Numbered from the stretch's first letter, positions 43,854 to 54,663 are shown. The stretch: 61,287 bases of DNA from an uncultured Thermoanaerobaculia bacterium (GCA_964537405.1 CAZIBS010000002.1:1-61287), one strand, 5' to 3'. Made by a program: numbers and translations. Notes: generated from the sequence alone by a model not told the origin.

Positions 43854-45082
43854 GCCTGGCTTCCTTTGTAGGATTCCGTTACCTCTTCGCCCGCAGGCGT
43901 CAGGCCTTTATTTCCCTGATTACTGTAATATCCATCCTTGGCATCATGGTAGGCGTGATGGCCCTGATTATCGCCCTGGCCATCTCCACCGGCTTCACAA
44001 CCCGCATTCAAGAGAAAATTCAGCTCCTGAACGCGGATCTCAACGTTCTGGGAGGAGCCGGTGAAATCTCCCCGGTCCACTACAAGGAGATAGCGAAGAT
44101 TCTCAAGGATTCCCCGCTGGTCAAGGCCTATGCACCCCTCGTCCTCGGCACCGGCCTGGTGAGTGGACCCACAACCCGGGTCGGCGTCGTCGCCAAGATC
44201 ATGGGAGTAAATCCCGCCAAGGAAGCCGCCATCGTCAACCTCAAGCCCTACATCAAGGGCTCGGCATTTCTTGGTCAGATGCCCGACGGAAGCCACGGAG
44301 CCGTTCTGGGCACCGACCTGGCCGACACACTACGGGTGGGGACCGGCGACACGGTGCAACTCCTCGCCCCGCGCCTGACGCTCTCTCCCTTCGGGAACAT
44401 TCCCAAGCTCGTTTCCTTGAAGGTTACGGGGATACTTGATACCGGCTATTACCTCTACGACACCCAGTTCATCTATACCGATATCGGGCTGGCACGCCGT
44501 CTCTTCACCCAACCCGGCACCGTGAGCGCCGTCCAGATTCGTCTTAAGAATCCGGCCGCCATTGACTCCGCGCGCCGAAGCCTCCAGACCAGTTTGGGAA
44601 GCAACTACAGGATACTGGACCTCGTGGAGAGCAACGCCGAGTTCTTCAAGGCGCTCAGGATGGAACGCATGCTGCTCTTTCTTGCTATCGGTTTAATAGT
44701 GATGGTGGCCGCCCTGAACATCATCTCAACCCTGATCCTGATGGTCATGGAAAAGGTCAGGGACATTGGAATCCTACGAAGTATGGGCGCGTCACGCTCC
44801 GACATTCAACGGATTTTCCTCTTTCACGGGTTGATAATAGGCTTCACCGGCACGGCCCTGGGCGCCGTACTGGGCGCACTTGCATGTTCCATCCTGGACC
44901 GAACCCACGCGATACCGCTCTCCCTCGACGTCTATCCCCTTCCCTACGTCCCGTTTATCACCTCTCCCGGCCAGATCGCCGCCGTTTGCGCCTTCGCCCT
45001 CCTCGTTTCCTTCATGGCTACTCTCTACCCGGCCTACCGGGCCGCCCGCCTGGATCCCGTTGAAGCGTTGAGGTACGAGTGA
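43850..45082 (+). CDS. lolC: lipoprotein-releasing ABC transporter permease (LolC/LolE family)
   Basis: 410 aa with a MacB/FtsX-type 4-TM topology and a typical N-terminus (FRYLFARRRQAFISLITVISILGI). Confidence 0.9.
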   Translation: MSLASFVGFRYLFARRRQAFISLITVISILGIMVGVMALIIALAISTGFTTRIQEKIQLLNADLNVLGGAGEISPVHYKEIAKILKDSPLVKAYAPLVLGTGLVSGPTTRVGVVAKIMGVNPAKEAAIVNLKPYIKGSAFLGQMPDGSHGAVLGTDLADTLRVGTGDTVQLLAPRLTLSPFGNIPKLVSLKVTGILDTGYYLYDTQFIYTDIGLARRLFTQPGTVSAVQIRLKNPAAIDSARRSLQTSLGSNYRILDLVESNAEFFKALRMERMLLFLAIGLIVMVAALNIISTLILMVMEKVRDIGILRSMGASRSDIQRIFLFHGLIIGFTGTALGAVLGALACSILDRTHAIPLSLDVYPLPYVPFITSPGQIAAVCAFALLVSFMATLYPAYRAARLDPVEALRYE

Positions 45083-45741
45083 TGGTGCGAATTGAAGGCG
45101 TCCGTAAGGATTTCAGGTCGGGAGACAGGACTATTCACGTCCTCAAGGGAGCGACCTTGGCGGTAGCACGCGGCGAGGCGGTGGCCCTTACCGGTCCGTC
45201 GGGTGTAGGAAAGAGTACTCTTCTCCACCTCATCGGCGGCCTTGACCGTCCCGATGGCGGCACGATAACTGTTGCCGGGAAAGAGGTTACCTCCCTCAGT
45301 GGAAAAGCCCTGGATTCTTTTCGTTGCTTAACCATAGGCATCGTCTATCAGTTTCACTTCCTCCTGCCGGAATTCACCGCCCTTGAAAACGTGATGATCC
45401 CGGCCATCACGGCGGGAAACAACCGCACGGCCAAAGAGCGGGCCGCGGATCTGCTGTCCGAAGTCGGCCTTGCCGAACGGCTTCACCACGTCCCGTCGAA
45501 GCTCTCGGGAGGAGAGCAGCAGCGCGTGGCCTTGGCGAGGGCCCTCATGAATCACCCGAAGCTGCTCCTGGCCGACGAACCTACCGGCAACCTGGACGAG
45601 GAGACCTCTGCCCGGGTGTTCGCTCTACTCATGGAACTTAAGCAGAATCACGGTTTGACGGTTTTACTCGCCACTCACAACCTGGGGCTGGCGGCTTCCT
45701 GCGACAGGACGCTTCGGCTCAAGGATGGCGAAATAGGATGA
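45079..45741 (+). CDS. lolD: lipoprotein-releasing ABC transporter ATP-binding protein
   Basis: Walker A GPSGVGKST, signature LSGGEQQRVALARAL and Walker B LLLADEPTGNLD. It overlaps lolC by 4 nt. Confidence 0.9.
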   Translation: MMVRIEGVRKDFRSGDRTIHVLKGATLAVARGEAVALTGPSGVGKSTLLHLIGGLDRPDGGTITVAGKEVTSLSGKALDSFRCLTIGIVYQFHFLLPEFTALENVMIPAITAGNNRTAKERAADLLSEVGLAERLHHVPSKLSGGEQQRVALARALMNHPKLLLADEPTGNLDEETSARVFALLMELKQNHGLTVLLATHNLGLAASCDRTLRLKDGEIG

Positions 45742-45766
45742 CATATTCCCGGGGCAATGCTATACT
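45738..45766 (+). promoter_or_regulatory. sigma-70 promoter candidate upstream of bamA
   Basis: ATGACA, 17 nt, then TATACT with a TG extended -10. It would give a leader of about 230 nt. Confidence 0.35.
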
Positions 45767-46003
45767 CGCCTTCGTCGAGAGGAGCCGAGAGCGAATTGTA
45801 TCTTTCTTTTTTGAAGTTAAATAAGCCAAGAGCCTCCTCCCGCCGAAGCAGCGCTCCCGCGCGCGAACCATCGCGCACGGCTTGGTTTGGCGGGGAAGAA
45901 ACCGGACACGGGACTTCTTGCCGCCGGGGTTTATCCGTTCTTCGGAGGGGCGACGCTCGTGCGGGATCACTGGCCATGTCGTTCATATCAGGATAGGTGG
46001 GGA

Positions 46004-48361
46004 ATGAACCGGAGACTGACTAAGACATTGATCGTTCTTCTTGCGCTCGTCGCGGCCGTCACTCCGGTGGCCCAAACCGTCGGCGTAAAACCCGGGAAAG
46101 TCACAAAAAAAAAGGTTCTTATCGAAAAAATCGTCCTTGAAGGCAATGAGCGCTTAACCCAGAAAGCCTTCTTGGCGCTTACGAGCCTGCGTGTCGGTGA
46201 ACCGTACGACAAGGCCCGGGTTATTAAAGCGTTCCACAAAATCTGGGAGTCCGGTCTTCTCGACAATCTATCCATCGACAGCAAACCGGGAAAGACCGGG
46301 GTCATACTCACCTTCCACATCAAGGAACGCCCCATCCTGGCCTCCATTGACTACACGGGGAGCAAAACGCTGACCAGCACAACCGTCCTGGATAAGATCA
46401 AAGAGAACAAGGCCAACATCAAGTCGGGCACCGTTCTGGACTACGCCAAGATCAAGAAGCTGGAGGCGGCACTGCGCTTCATGGCGGCGGAAAAGGGGTA
46501 CCCCGACGCTCTGGTGACCTCCAAGCTCCAATCCATGGGGCCTGCCCAGGTTGCCCTTACCATAAACGTGAAGCAAGGACCAAAGGCCAGAATAGAGAAG
46601 GTTAAGTTCATGGGCGTACACGCCTTTTCCCAGCGCAAACTGCGCCTCACTCTCAAGAAAACCCGCTCTCACTGGTGGCTTTCGTGGGCCACGCGCCACG
46701 ACATCTACTCCGAGAGCAGGTATTACAAAGACGTGAAAAAACTTCGCAAACTTTACGAATCCAGGGGCTACCTCGACGTGGATATCGGCGATCCAATTAT
46801 AGACAGCCACATGAACAGGAAGAAAACGAAAAAGTGGCTGGTACTGACGATCCCCATCACCGAAGGCGTTTCCTACAAGTTGGGCACGATATCCTTCAAA
46901 GGGAACCACGTTTTCACAAGTGATGAACTCCACAAGATGATCCTGCTCAAAAAAGGAAAAACTCTGAACAAACTAGCCATCGACTACGTGCGCAAAGGTA
47001 TCGAAGCCAGGTACGGAGAAAAGGGCTACATTTACGCCACCGCCACCCCCATCTTTGATAAACACCCCGGCAAGAAGATCGCCAACGTTACCTTTTTAAT
47101 CACCGAGGACCATGTTTACTACGTAAACAGGATTGAGTTCTACGGCAACACCTCCACCCGCGACTACGTACTCAGGCGGGAGATGGAGATCTACGAACAG
47201 GAACTCTTCAACTACGTAAAGTACAAGCGTGGACTCTACCTCTTAAAACAGCGGGCTATCTTCACGATCAAGAAGGATCCGATTATTACGAAGGTTCCCA
47301 ACACAAACACGGTTAACATCAAGATCGTGGGAGAGGAGGCCAATAAGAACGAGTTGCTTTTCGGCGGTGGTTACGGTGGAATTAACGGTTTCTTTATCTC
47401 CGGCTCTTTCAAGACCTACAACTTCATGGGAATGGGGACGACCCTCTCCCTCAACGCGGAGGTGGGGAAATACCAAAAGCTGTACTCCATAAATTACTCC
47501 GACCCGTGGCTCTTCGGAAAACGCATAGGGGGCAACTTCTCCGTCTTCAATTCCCAATTGGACTACCTGGAGTTCAAACAGGGATCAAAGGGCGGTTCCA
47601 TGGGGATTTCCTTTCCCCTTGGGGACTTTGCCTACTGGACCGTCGGCTACCGTTATGACCGCTCCGACGTTACGGGTATCAGCACCAATTACATCAGCCC
47701 CGACTACGAGGCGTACCTGAACAACTCCGCTACCTCGTCGGTATTGCTGGGCATCGGTTTCAACACCGTCAACAATCCCTTCAGACCGATGATGGGTTCG
47801 TCCGCCTCCTTGAACGCCACCGTTGCCGGGGGTCCCGTAGGCGGCGATAATGATTTCATTAAGTCGACTTTTGACGGCTCGTTTTACCTACCTACCTTCA
47901 GGAAACAGAATCTGGCCTGGCGGCTGAGCATGGGATACATTACCGCCTACGACGGGCACCCGATTCCCATCTGGGAACGATTCTTCCTCGGCGGACAAAG
48001 CTCACTGAGGGGCTTCGCCATCCGCTCAATCTATCCAATGACTAAAGACGCGCGCTACTTCCTTGATCCCTACACGGGAACTATCGAAGGCGGAAACCGC
48101 TTCTACCTGCTTAATAACGAGTACGTCTTTCACCTTACGGAGTATGTGGACGTGGCGCTATTCATGGACATCGGCAACACCTACCACGAGCGGCAGAAGA
48201 TGCAGCTGTCGAATTACAGGGCCAATGCGGGTGTTGAACTGCGCTTCTTCATACCCACCTTCAACGTACCTCTGCGACTAATTTATGCTTCGAATCTCAA
48301 ACCACGGCCTAACGATGACTTCAGCAGCTTTCAAATCTCCATCGGTCTGACGTTCCAATGA
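46004..48361 (+). CDS. bamA: outer-membrane protein assembly factor BamA
   Basis: Signal peptide from the ATG at 46004 (MNRRLTKTLIVLLALVAAV), POTRA repeats and a C-terminal 16-strand barrel. It is followed by skp-lpxD-fabZ-lpxA, the conserved context. Confidence 0.95.
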   Translation: MNRRLTKTLIVLLALVAAVTPVAQTVGVKPGKVTKKKVLIEKIVLEGNERLTQKAFLALTSLRVGEPYDKARVIKAFHKIWESGLLDNLSIDSKPGKTGVILTFHIKERPILASIDYTGSKTLTSTTVLDKIKENKANIKSGTVLDYAKIKKLEAALRFMAAEKGYPDALVTSKLQSMGPAQVALTINVKQGPKARIEKVKFMGVHAFSQRKLRLTLKKTRSHWWLSWATRHDIYSESRYYKDVKKLRKLYESRGYLDVDIGDPIIDSHMNRKKTKKWLVLTIPITEGVSYKLGTISFKGNHVFTSDELHKMILLKKGKTLNKLAIDYVRKGIEARYGEKGYIYATATPIFDKHPGKKIANVTFLITEDHVYYVNRIEFYGNTSTRDYVLRREMEIYEQELFNYVKYKRGLYLLKQRAIFTIKKDPIITKVPNTNTVNIKIVGEEANKNELLFGGGYGGINGFFISGSFKTYNFMGMGTTLSLNAEVGKYQKLYSINYSDPWLFGKRIGGNFSVFNSQLDYLEFKQGSKGGSMGISFPLGDFAYWTVGYRYDRSDVTGISTNYISPDYEAYLNNSATSSVLLGIGFNTVNNPFRPMMGSSASLNATVAGGPVGGDNDFIKSTFDGSFYLPTFRKQNLAWRLSMGYITAYDGHPIPIWERFFLGGQSSLRGFAIRSIYPMTKDARYFLDPYTGTIEGGNRFYLLNNEYVFHLTEYVDVALFMDIGNTYHERQKMQLSNYRANAGVELRFFIPTFNVPLRLIYASNLKPRPNDDFSSFQISIGLTFQ

Positions 48362-48546
48362 GCAAAGACTCGCGCGCCTTTCTATATCTCAACCTGTCGA
48401 ATTACAGGGCCGACGCCGGTGTTGAACCGCGCTTCTTCATACCCACTTTCAACGTACCTCTGAGACCAATCTATGCTTCGAATCTCAAACCACAACCTAC
48501 CGATGACTTCAGCCACTTTCAAATCTCCATCGGTCTAACGTTTTAA
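48358..48546 (+). pseudogene. tandem duplicate of the bamA 3' end, readable as a 62-aa ORF
   Basis: 48393-48542 matches 48206-48354 at roughly 90 percent identity by hand count. The ATG overlaps the bamA stop (ATGA). The product repeats the last ~50 BamA residues with two Leu-to-Pro changes and ends in ...GLTF. Confidence 0.6.
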
Positions 48547-48565
48547 CTGCCAGGAGGATTGGACC

Positions 48566-49075
48566 ATGCGTAAAACTCTCATATTCGTCCTTGCCGCCGT
48601 TACCATGCTCGCGTCGCTCGGCGCAATAGCGCAGGACAAAACCAGGGTGGTTAACGCCCGCAAGGTTTATAACGAGTGTAAGCTCGGCAAGCAGATACAA
48701 CTCAAGCTCAAGGCCCTCTACGAGCAGAAAAAAAAGGAGATCGACGCCAAAAAGGCGGCGCTGGACGCATTGCAGAAGCAAGCTCAGGATCCGAAGATCA
48801 GCCAGCAGAAGATGCGCGACCTCAAGAACAAATACAACCAGAAATACTACATCTTTCAAGCCTACGTAAAGTCAGATCAGGACGATATGCGTAGCAAGGC
48901 GCAGCAACTACAAGGCGGCTTTCAGAAGAAGTTCATGGCCGTCGTCAACCAGTACGCCCGTTCACAAGGTTTCGCCCTCGTTCTCGAACAAAGTGCGTGC
49001 CTGTATAACGCCAACGCACTGGACATTACGCCGGAAATCGTAGCGGCCATGAACCAGGCATACCCCGGCACCTGA
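48566..49075 (+). CDS. skp: OmpH/Skp periplasmic chaperone
   Basis: 169 aa with a signal peptide and a K/Q/E-rich helical body. It sits at the conserved position between bamA and lpxD. Confidence 0.9.
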   Translation: MRKTLIFVLAAVTMLASLGAIAQDKTRVVNARKVYNECKLGKQIQLKLKALYEQKKKEIDAKKAALDALQKQAQDPKISQQKMRDLKNKYNQKYYIFQAYVKSDQDDMRSKAQQLQGGFQKKFMAVVNQYARSQGFALVLEQSACLYNANALDITPEIVAAMNQAYPGT

Positions 49076-49080
49076 TTCCA

Positions 49081-50109
49081 ATGAAAGTCTCCACTATCGC
49101 CGAGCGGCTCGGTCTCAGTGTAGAGGGCGACGCTCGGATCGAGATCGCGGGAGTGGCTCCGCTTAGCGTGGCGGGCGAGAGCGACCTTTCCTTCCTGAGC
49201 AACCCCAGGTACCGTGAGACAGCGAAGAGTAGCGCGGCCGGCGCTATAGTGGTGTCCGGGGAAACCACCCTACCCGGACACACCCTTCTTATAGCCGGAA
49301 ATCCCTACCTGGCCTTCGCCCGCGCCATTGAACTTTTCCACCCCCCAAGAATCTTCGAAGGGGGCATCCATCCCACGGCCCTGGTGGGAAAGGAGTGCAG
49401 CTTTGCACCCAGTTGCCACGTCGGGCCTTATGTTGTAATCGGGGACCGCGCCGTCATCGGGGAGGGGAGCGTTATCGAAGCCGGGTGCGTGGTGGGGCGC
49501 GACTGTGTTATTGGAGAACGCTGTCGTCTCTACCCCCGCGTGGTGCTCTACGACGACACACGACTCGGCAACGAGGTGATCCTCCACTCCGGGGTGGTCG
49601 TCGGCTCCGACGGCTTCGGTTTCGCCCATGACGGCGGGCGCTACGTAAAGGTGCCCCAGATCGGTCGGGCCGTCGTTGAAGACAGCGTGGAAATCGGCGC
49701 CAACTCTACCGTTGACCGGGGAGCACTCCAAGAGACGCGTATAGGCGGCGGCACCAAGATAGACAACCTCGTCCAGGTAGCTCACAACGTGCGAATCGGG
49801 CACTCCTGCATCCTCGTCGCCCAGAGCGGAATCAGCGGCAGCACGTCCCTGGGCGAAGGAGTCATTCTCGCCGGACAGTCCGGTATCGTAGGGCACGTAA
49901 CCATCGGAGACGGTACGCGTATCGGTGCGAAATCCGCCGTGACGAAGAGTCTCCCGGCGGGCTCCTTCGTAACCGGGCACCCCGCCCAACCGCACAGGAA
50001 GTGGCTTAAGGAGAGGGCCATGGCTGCCAGATTGGAGGAGATTATCAATCGTCTGCGTGCTTTGGAAAGCAACCATGCGGACCAGCGTGTTTTGGAGAAA
50101 AAACCATGA
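49081..50109 (+). CDS. lpxD: UDP-3-O-(3-hydroxyacyl)glucosamine N-acyltransferase
   Basis: 342 aa with left-handed beta-helix hexapeptide repeats and a typical N-terminus and context. Confidence 0.95.
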   Translation: MKVSTIAERLGLSVEGDARIEIAGVAPLSVAGESDLSFLSNPRYRETAKSSAAGAIVVSGETTLPGHTLLIAGNPYLAFARAIELFHPPRIFEGGIHPTALVGKECSFAPSCHVGPYVVIGDRAVIGEGSVIEAGCVVGRDCVIGERCRLYPRVVLYDDTRLGNEVILHSGVVVGSDGFGFAHDGGRYVKVPQIGRAVVEDSVEIGANSTVDRGALQETRIGGGTKIDNLVQVAHNVRIGHSCILVAQSGISGSTSLGEGVILAGQSGIVGHVTIGDGTRIGAKSAVTKSLPAGSFVTGHPAQPHRKWLKERAMAARLEEIINRLRALESNHADQRVLEKKP

Positions 50110-50537
50110 TGGATATACTTGAAATCCAAACTATCCTGCCCCACCGCTATCCCTTCCTGCTCGTTGACCGTATTCTGGAGGTCGAGGAAGGGAAGCGCAT
50201 TGTTGGCATCAAGAACGTGACCATAAATGAAGAGTTTTTCCAGGGTCACTTTCCGGGTCATCCCGTCATGCCCGGCGTTTTGATCATAGAGGCCATGGCC
50301 CAGACCGGCGGCGTATTGATGCTCCGCGATCTGAAAAACAGGGGCGAGAAACTCGCCTATTTCATGGGCATAGACGACGCGCGCTTCCGCAAACCCGTCG
50401 TTCCTGGAGACCAGCTCCGCTTCGAAGTTGAAGTTCTTAAACGCAAGGCCACGACTTGCAAACTCAAGGGCAAAGCCTTTGTCGACGACAAACTCGTTGC
50501 CGAAGCGGTACTGCTCTCGGCAATCGTCGACCGCTGA
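50106..50537 (+). CDS. fabZ: 3-hydroxyacyl-ACP dehydratase
   Basis: 143 aa with the motif [12 protein letters not shown]...[16 protein letters not shown]. Confidence 0.95.
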   Translation: MMDILEIQTILPHRYPFLLVDRILEVEEGKRIVGIKNVTINEEFFQGHFPGHPVMPGVLIIEAMAQTGGVLMLRDLKNRGEKLAYFMGIDDARFRKPVVPGDQLRFEVEVLKRKATTCKLKGKAFVDDKLVAEAVLLSAIVDR

Positions 50538-50596
50538 AGCCGTAGAAATCAACACCTCCACCGACGGACGGGGAGGCGCACTAAACAGGATGAACC

Positions 50597-51385
50597 ATGA
50601 ATAGAATCCATCCCACGGCAACCATCGACCCGGCGGCCGCCATCGGCGATGGCTGTACGATCGGCGCCTACACGGTCATCGGCCCGGAAGCCGTGGTGGG
50701 CGACGACTGCGTCATCGGGCCCCACTGCGTTATCCACGGCAGGGTGGCTATCGGCGCAAAGAACACCTTTATTTCGCAGGCGGCCGTCGGCGGGCCGCCC
50801 CAGGACACTTCCTACAAAGGGGAACCAACCGGGCTGGTCATAGGCTCCGGCAACACCTTCCGCGAGTTTGTCACCCTGAACCGCGGCACGGCCAAGGGTG
50901 GCGGAACCACCAGGATCGGTGACAACAACCTGATGATGGCCTACGCCCACATTGCCCACGACTGCCTGGTCGGCGACAACACCGTCTTCGCCAACGCCGC
51001 GACACTGGCCGGCCACGTTGAGGTAGGAAACCACGCAACAATCGGCGCCTTTTCCGCCGTCCACCAATTCTGTAGGATAGGCAACTATGCCTTCATCGGC
51101 GGTTTTTCGGTAATTACGAAGGACGCAATGCCCTTCATCAAGACCGTTGGCGCCCGCAGCGAGGCCCGTCTCTTCGGAATCAACACCATCGGTCTTGAGA
51201 GGAAGGGCTTTTCGCCCGAGACGATCTCCTCATTGAAGGCTGCCTATCACACCCTCTTCCTCTCCAAGAAGCTCCTGAAAGAGGCTGTAGAAGAACTTGA
51301 GGAGGAAGACTCCGGCAATGCGTGCGCCGAGGTCAGGCACCTGTTGGACTTTATCAAGTCCTCAACCAGGGGCATCCAGCGGTAG
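50597..51385 (+). CDS. lpxA: acyl-ACP--UDP-N-acetylglucosamine O-acyltransferase
   Basis: 262 aa with hexapeptide repeats and a helical C-terminal domain, located after fabZ. Confidence 0.95.
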   Translation: MNRIHPTATIDPAAAIGDGCTIGAYTVIGPEAVVGDDCVIGPHCVIHGRVAIGAKNTFISQAAVGGPPQDTSYKGEPTGLVIGSGNTFREFVTLNRGTAKGGGTTRIGDNNLMMAYAHIAHDCLVGDNTVFANAATLAGHVEVGNHATIGAFSAVHQFCRIGNYAFIGGFSVITKDAMPFIKTVGARSEARLFGINTIGLERKGFSPETISSLKAAYHTLFLSKKLLKEAVEELEEEDSGNACAEVRHLLDFIKSSTRGIQR

Positions 51386-51418
51386 CCTGAAACTTCGCGT
51401 GAAAGGGTTCCCATCGCA

Positions 51419-52360
51419 ATGAAAAAGGAAACAAACAACTCGTTGCTCAAAGTCGCGGTGATAGGCGTCGGTTCGATGGGCCGGAACCACGCACGGATTC
51501 TGTCGCAACTTGAGGGCGTGGAACTCGTCGGCATCATCGACACGGATGAAGAACGAGCAAGTAAGATCGCCAAGATCTATCATACAAAGGTTCTGTCTTC
51601 CACTACGAACGCCTGGGGGTTGGATGGCGTAGTCGTGGCGGCGCCTACCCCCCTTCACAGGGAACTGGCCACTCGTTATCTTGAGGCCGGCGTCGGCGTC
51701 CTGTGTGAAAAGCCCATGGCTACCACCCTCGAAGATTGCGACGCGATTCTCGCCGCCAGGGAGCGCTCCGGCGCCCCCCTTCTGGTGGGTCACGTAGAGC
51801 ACTTTAATCCCGGCGTAGAACTCCTGGCTTCGCGTGTCGACAACCCCAGGTTTATGGAGATCGACCGCCTGGCCCTCTTTACACCCAGGAGTCTGGACGT
51901 TGACGTCATCCTTGATCTAATGATTCACGACATCGAGATAGCGCAGAGCCTGGTTGGAAAACCCGTAAAAGCCGTCGAAGCCGTTGGGGTCAACGTCCTC
52001 ACCTCCTACGCCGATATTGCAAACGCCAGGCTGGTTTTCAATGGCGGTTGCGTAGCCAATCTCACGGCAAGCCGAATCTCCCGCAAACGGGAACGCAAGC
52101 TGCGCCTCTTTCAGTCAAAGTCCTACCTCTCCGTAGACTACTCGGAGCAGAGCGTCGAACACTACAGGGTCGAGGAGACGGAAGCCGGAAAGACCATCGT
52201 CAATATCCCGGCGCCGATCCTGAAGAAGGAGCCCCTTCTTAACGAACTTGAGCACTTTGCCAGGGTACTCAGGGGCCAAGAGAGTCCCCGCGTCAATGGA
52301 GAGGCGGCCCGGGAGGCCGTCGCCGCGGCAAGGGCCATCCTAAAATGTATGGAAAGTTAA
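51419..52360 (+). CDS. Gfo/Idh/MocA-family NAD(P)-dependent oxidoreductase
   Basis: N-terminal Rossmann motif KVAVIGVGSMGRNHARIL and the EKP motif (LCEKPMA). Confidence 0.85.
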   Translation: MKKETNNSLLKVAVIGVGSMGRNHARILSQLEGVELVGIIDTDEERASKIAKIYHTKVLSSTTNAWGLDGVVVAAPTPLHRELATRYLEAGVGVLCEKPMATTLEDCDAILAARERSGAPLLVGHVEHFNPGVELLASRVDNPRFMEIDRLALFTPRSLDVDVILDLMIHDIEIAQSLVGKPVKAVEAVGVNVLTSYADIANARLVFNGGCVANLTASRISRKRERKLRLFQSKSYLSVDYSEQSVEHYRVEETEAGKTIVNIPAPILKKEPLLNELEHFARVLRGQESPRVNGEAAREAVAAARAILKCMES

Positions 52361-53427
52361 GGCTGGATGGAATTCGCACCCTCTTGAATGACGCCTGCCC
52401 GTCGCAAATGCCGGGCTATGGCTGGTCCGTGGTCGTGGAGGGAAGGCCAACGGCCCGGGGATGGGGCGGCTCGGCGGTCGTTGAACCGGAGGTGCACCCG
52501 GTAGCCGAGAATACCCTGTTCGACCTTGCATCTCTTACAAAGCCCCTTGCCACCGCTCTTATAGCGCTTATGGCTCACGATTCCGGAGAGTTGTCCCTCT
52601 TCGAGCCGCTGCCGGCCACCGGCCCCGGGCCGCCGACTCCCCTTCAACTGCTCCGCCACGAGGGCGGCTTTCCGCCCTGGCTCCCACTCTACGCTTATGC
52701 CGGCAACGAGGACGAAGCGTTCCAGTGGCTGCTCCACTCTTGTCCCAGGGAACCGGCGGGCCTCAAAGTTGCTTACAGTTGCCTGGGTTATATTCTGTTG
52801 GGCCTTGTCTTGGAGAAACGGTTGAATGCTTCCTTGCCCGAACTCTTTAAAAGCCGCGTTTTAGACACGCTTGGTCTTGCGAGCGATGAAGCGTTTTTTT
52901 CACCCGGCGGCGCCCTGTTGAAACGCTGTGCGGCTACCGAACTAGCCGGCAGCCATGAAGCCGGAATGGCGCGCCAATATGGCGCGGTTCCACCTCCCTT
53001 TCAAAACGGTGTAGCGTGGGGAGAGGTACACGACGGTAATGCTCGTTTTTTGGGCGGTGCCGCCGGCAACGCCGGCCTCTTCGCCACCCTCGGCGCCACG
53101 GAGAAACTATGTTGCGCTTACCGTTCCGGAAGCCGCCTCCTATCCACGGAAACGTTTCGCCTTGCATGGACCAGTGAAAACGCGCCGTCGGGTTTCCGGC
53201 GAACGGCCGGCTGGAAGGCCTCCGATTCAAAGGGTTGGTGGGCCGGAGACCTTATGCCGCCCGGCTCGATTGGTCACGAAGGCTTTACCGGAACCGGGGC
53301 ATGGCTGGAACCGGAGGGTAAAAGGATATATATTTTGCTAACGAACCGGATCCACCCCAGCCACCCTGGAACGGATTTCGGTCCATTGCGGGCCGCCTTC
53401 GTACGCGCCGCGGGGAAGATCAAATGA
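52345..53427 (+). CDS. serine hydrolase, beta-lactamase/transpeptidase-like family
   Basis: SxxK motif (ASLTKPLA) near the N-terminus. 360 aa. Confidence 0.8.
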   Translation: MYGKLRLDGIRTLLNDACPSQMPGYGWSVVVEGRPTARGWGGSAVVEPEVHPVAENTLFDLASLTKPLATALIALMAHDSGELSLFEPLPATGPGPPTPLQLLRHEGGFPPWLPLYAYAGNEDEAFQWLLHSCPREPAGLKVAYSCLGYILLGLVLEKRLNASLPELFKSRVLDTLGLASDEAFFSPGGALLKRCAATELAGSHEAGMARQYGAVPPPFQNGVAWGEVHDGNARFLGGAAGNAGLFATLGATEKLCCAYRSGSRLLSTETFRLAWTSENAPSGFRRTAGWKASDSKGWWAGDLMPPGSIGHEGFTGTGAWLEPEGKRIYILLTNRIHPSHPGTDFGPLRAAFVRAAGKIK

Positions 53428-54440
53428 AGGACCGTTCAACGGCAATTATTTCCATCCTTGTCGCCCTCGTGCTGCACGCCGCGATCATTCTTGTCGCCAT
53501 ACGCCAATATTCCTCCTCAACGCTCCACCAAGCGCGCGCAAACCAGGCGGCGGGACGCCTTAAAACCATAAAGGGCCAGCCGGTACGCTTCATCTACGTC
53601 AAGGACATGGTTCCCGGCAAACTACCACCCATGGATAGGAGCCGACTCTCCGACATGAACCGCCACGGCGCCAGCCCAAACAAGGTAAAAGGCCTCTCTC
53701 CCGATCCCACCTCCTTCGGTGGTAGTTCCATCCGACAGAGTGGAGGACCCGGCAACGCCCCCTTCAGCCGTCCATCAATGCGAATGGCCTCCCGCAGGGC
53801 CGTTCCTCCGTTGCCCGGGATCAAGGGGGCCTACCGAAAAAACGCTCGGGACGAGAAACCGAGCCGAAACACCGATTCCCGCAAGGAGACAACGAAGGGT
53901 CTCTTCAAGGAACAACGGGTCATCCCAACCCGGAACAACGTCGGACTGCCGGCCGGAGGAAAACCCGGACCGGGCTTCAAACCCCCGAAGCAGGGGTCCG
54001 GCGCAATTCCGGCGCGCCCGCCGCGTTCCGCCATTAGCGGCCAGATCCAGAGGATGATGGTAGGCAGCCTTCAGGGCGGCTATAACAACCCCATAGCCAG
54101 CCGCCTCAACACCGGCCAGCTCTCCTTTGATACGGCGGCATGGGATCTCGGGCCCTACGCACGCAAGGTCCAGGAACGCGTACAAAGCAACTGGCACATG
54201 CCCGAGGTAGAACGAACCCTCAGGCAGCAGGGATGGGTGGCAATCCACTTCGTCATCCACAAGGACGGCAGCGTAACCGACATCCAGGTCGTACGTCCAT
54301 CGGGCATTCCATCCTACAACCAGTCGGCTATGGACGCCCTTATCTCCTCCAACCCACTTCCGCCGCTGCCTTCGGAGGTTACGGTTCCTCAACTCTCCGG
54401 CATCTTCCGCTTCTTCTACAACATGCCGGATGGCAATTAA
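53424..54440 (+). CDS. TonB-family energy-transducer-like protein
   Basis: N-terminal TM anchor (AIISILVALVLHAAIILVAI), a Pro/Gly/Lys-rich linker and a C-terminal TonB-type domain (WVAIHFVIHKDGSVTDIQVVRPSGIPSYNQSAMDAL). Confidence 0.8.
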   Translation: MKDRSTAIISILVALVLHAAIILVAIRQYSSSTLHQARANQAAGRLKTIKGQPVRFIYVKDMVPGKLPPMDRSRLSDMNRHGASPNKVKGLSPDPTSFGGSSIRQSGGPGNAPFSRPSMRMASRRAVPPLPGIKGAYRKNARDEKPSRNTDSRKETTKGLFKEQRVIPTRNNVGLPAGGKPGPGFKPPKQGSGAIPARPPRSAISGQIQRMMVGSLQGGYNNPIASRLNTGQLSFDTAAWDLGPYARKVQERVQSNWHMPEVERTLRQQGWVAIHFVIHKDGSVTDIQVVRPSGIPSYNQSAMDALISSNPLPPLPSEVTVPQLSGIFRFFYNMPDGN

Positions 54441-54629
54441 CCGGAATCTTTTCAATCAAAGTCATCATTTTTGGTACGTCTCTTGCATATCAATACTTCT
54501 CAAATCCCCCCTCCATTCCTCATTTATAGCCCCTACGGGGGCTTTCTTTCTTGTTCCTCTTTCCAAGGCGTGTCAAATCCGACACAACGAGACACGGATG
54601 GCAGGGAAAAGGAGACGCTAATCCTAATC

Positions 54630-54650
54630 AATCTCCGCGATCGAAACGCC
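54630..54650 (+). repeat. variant of the TTCC-N5-TGAAAC family motif
   Basis: AATCTCCGCGATCGAAACGCC versus AAATTCCGCGATTGAAACGCC at 2353-2373 (18 of 21 identical). Confidence 0.35.
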
Positions 54651-54663
54651 GTTTTTCCGGATA

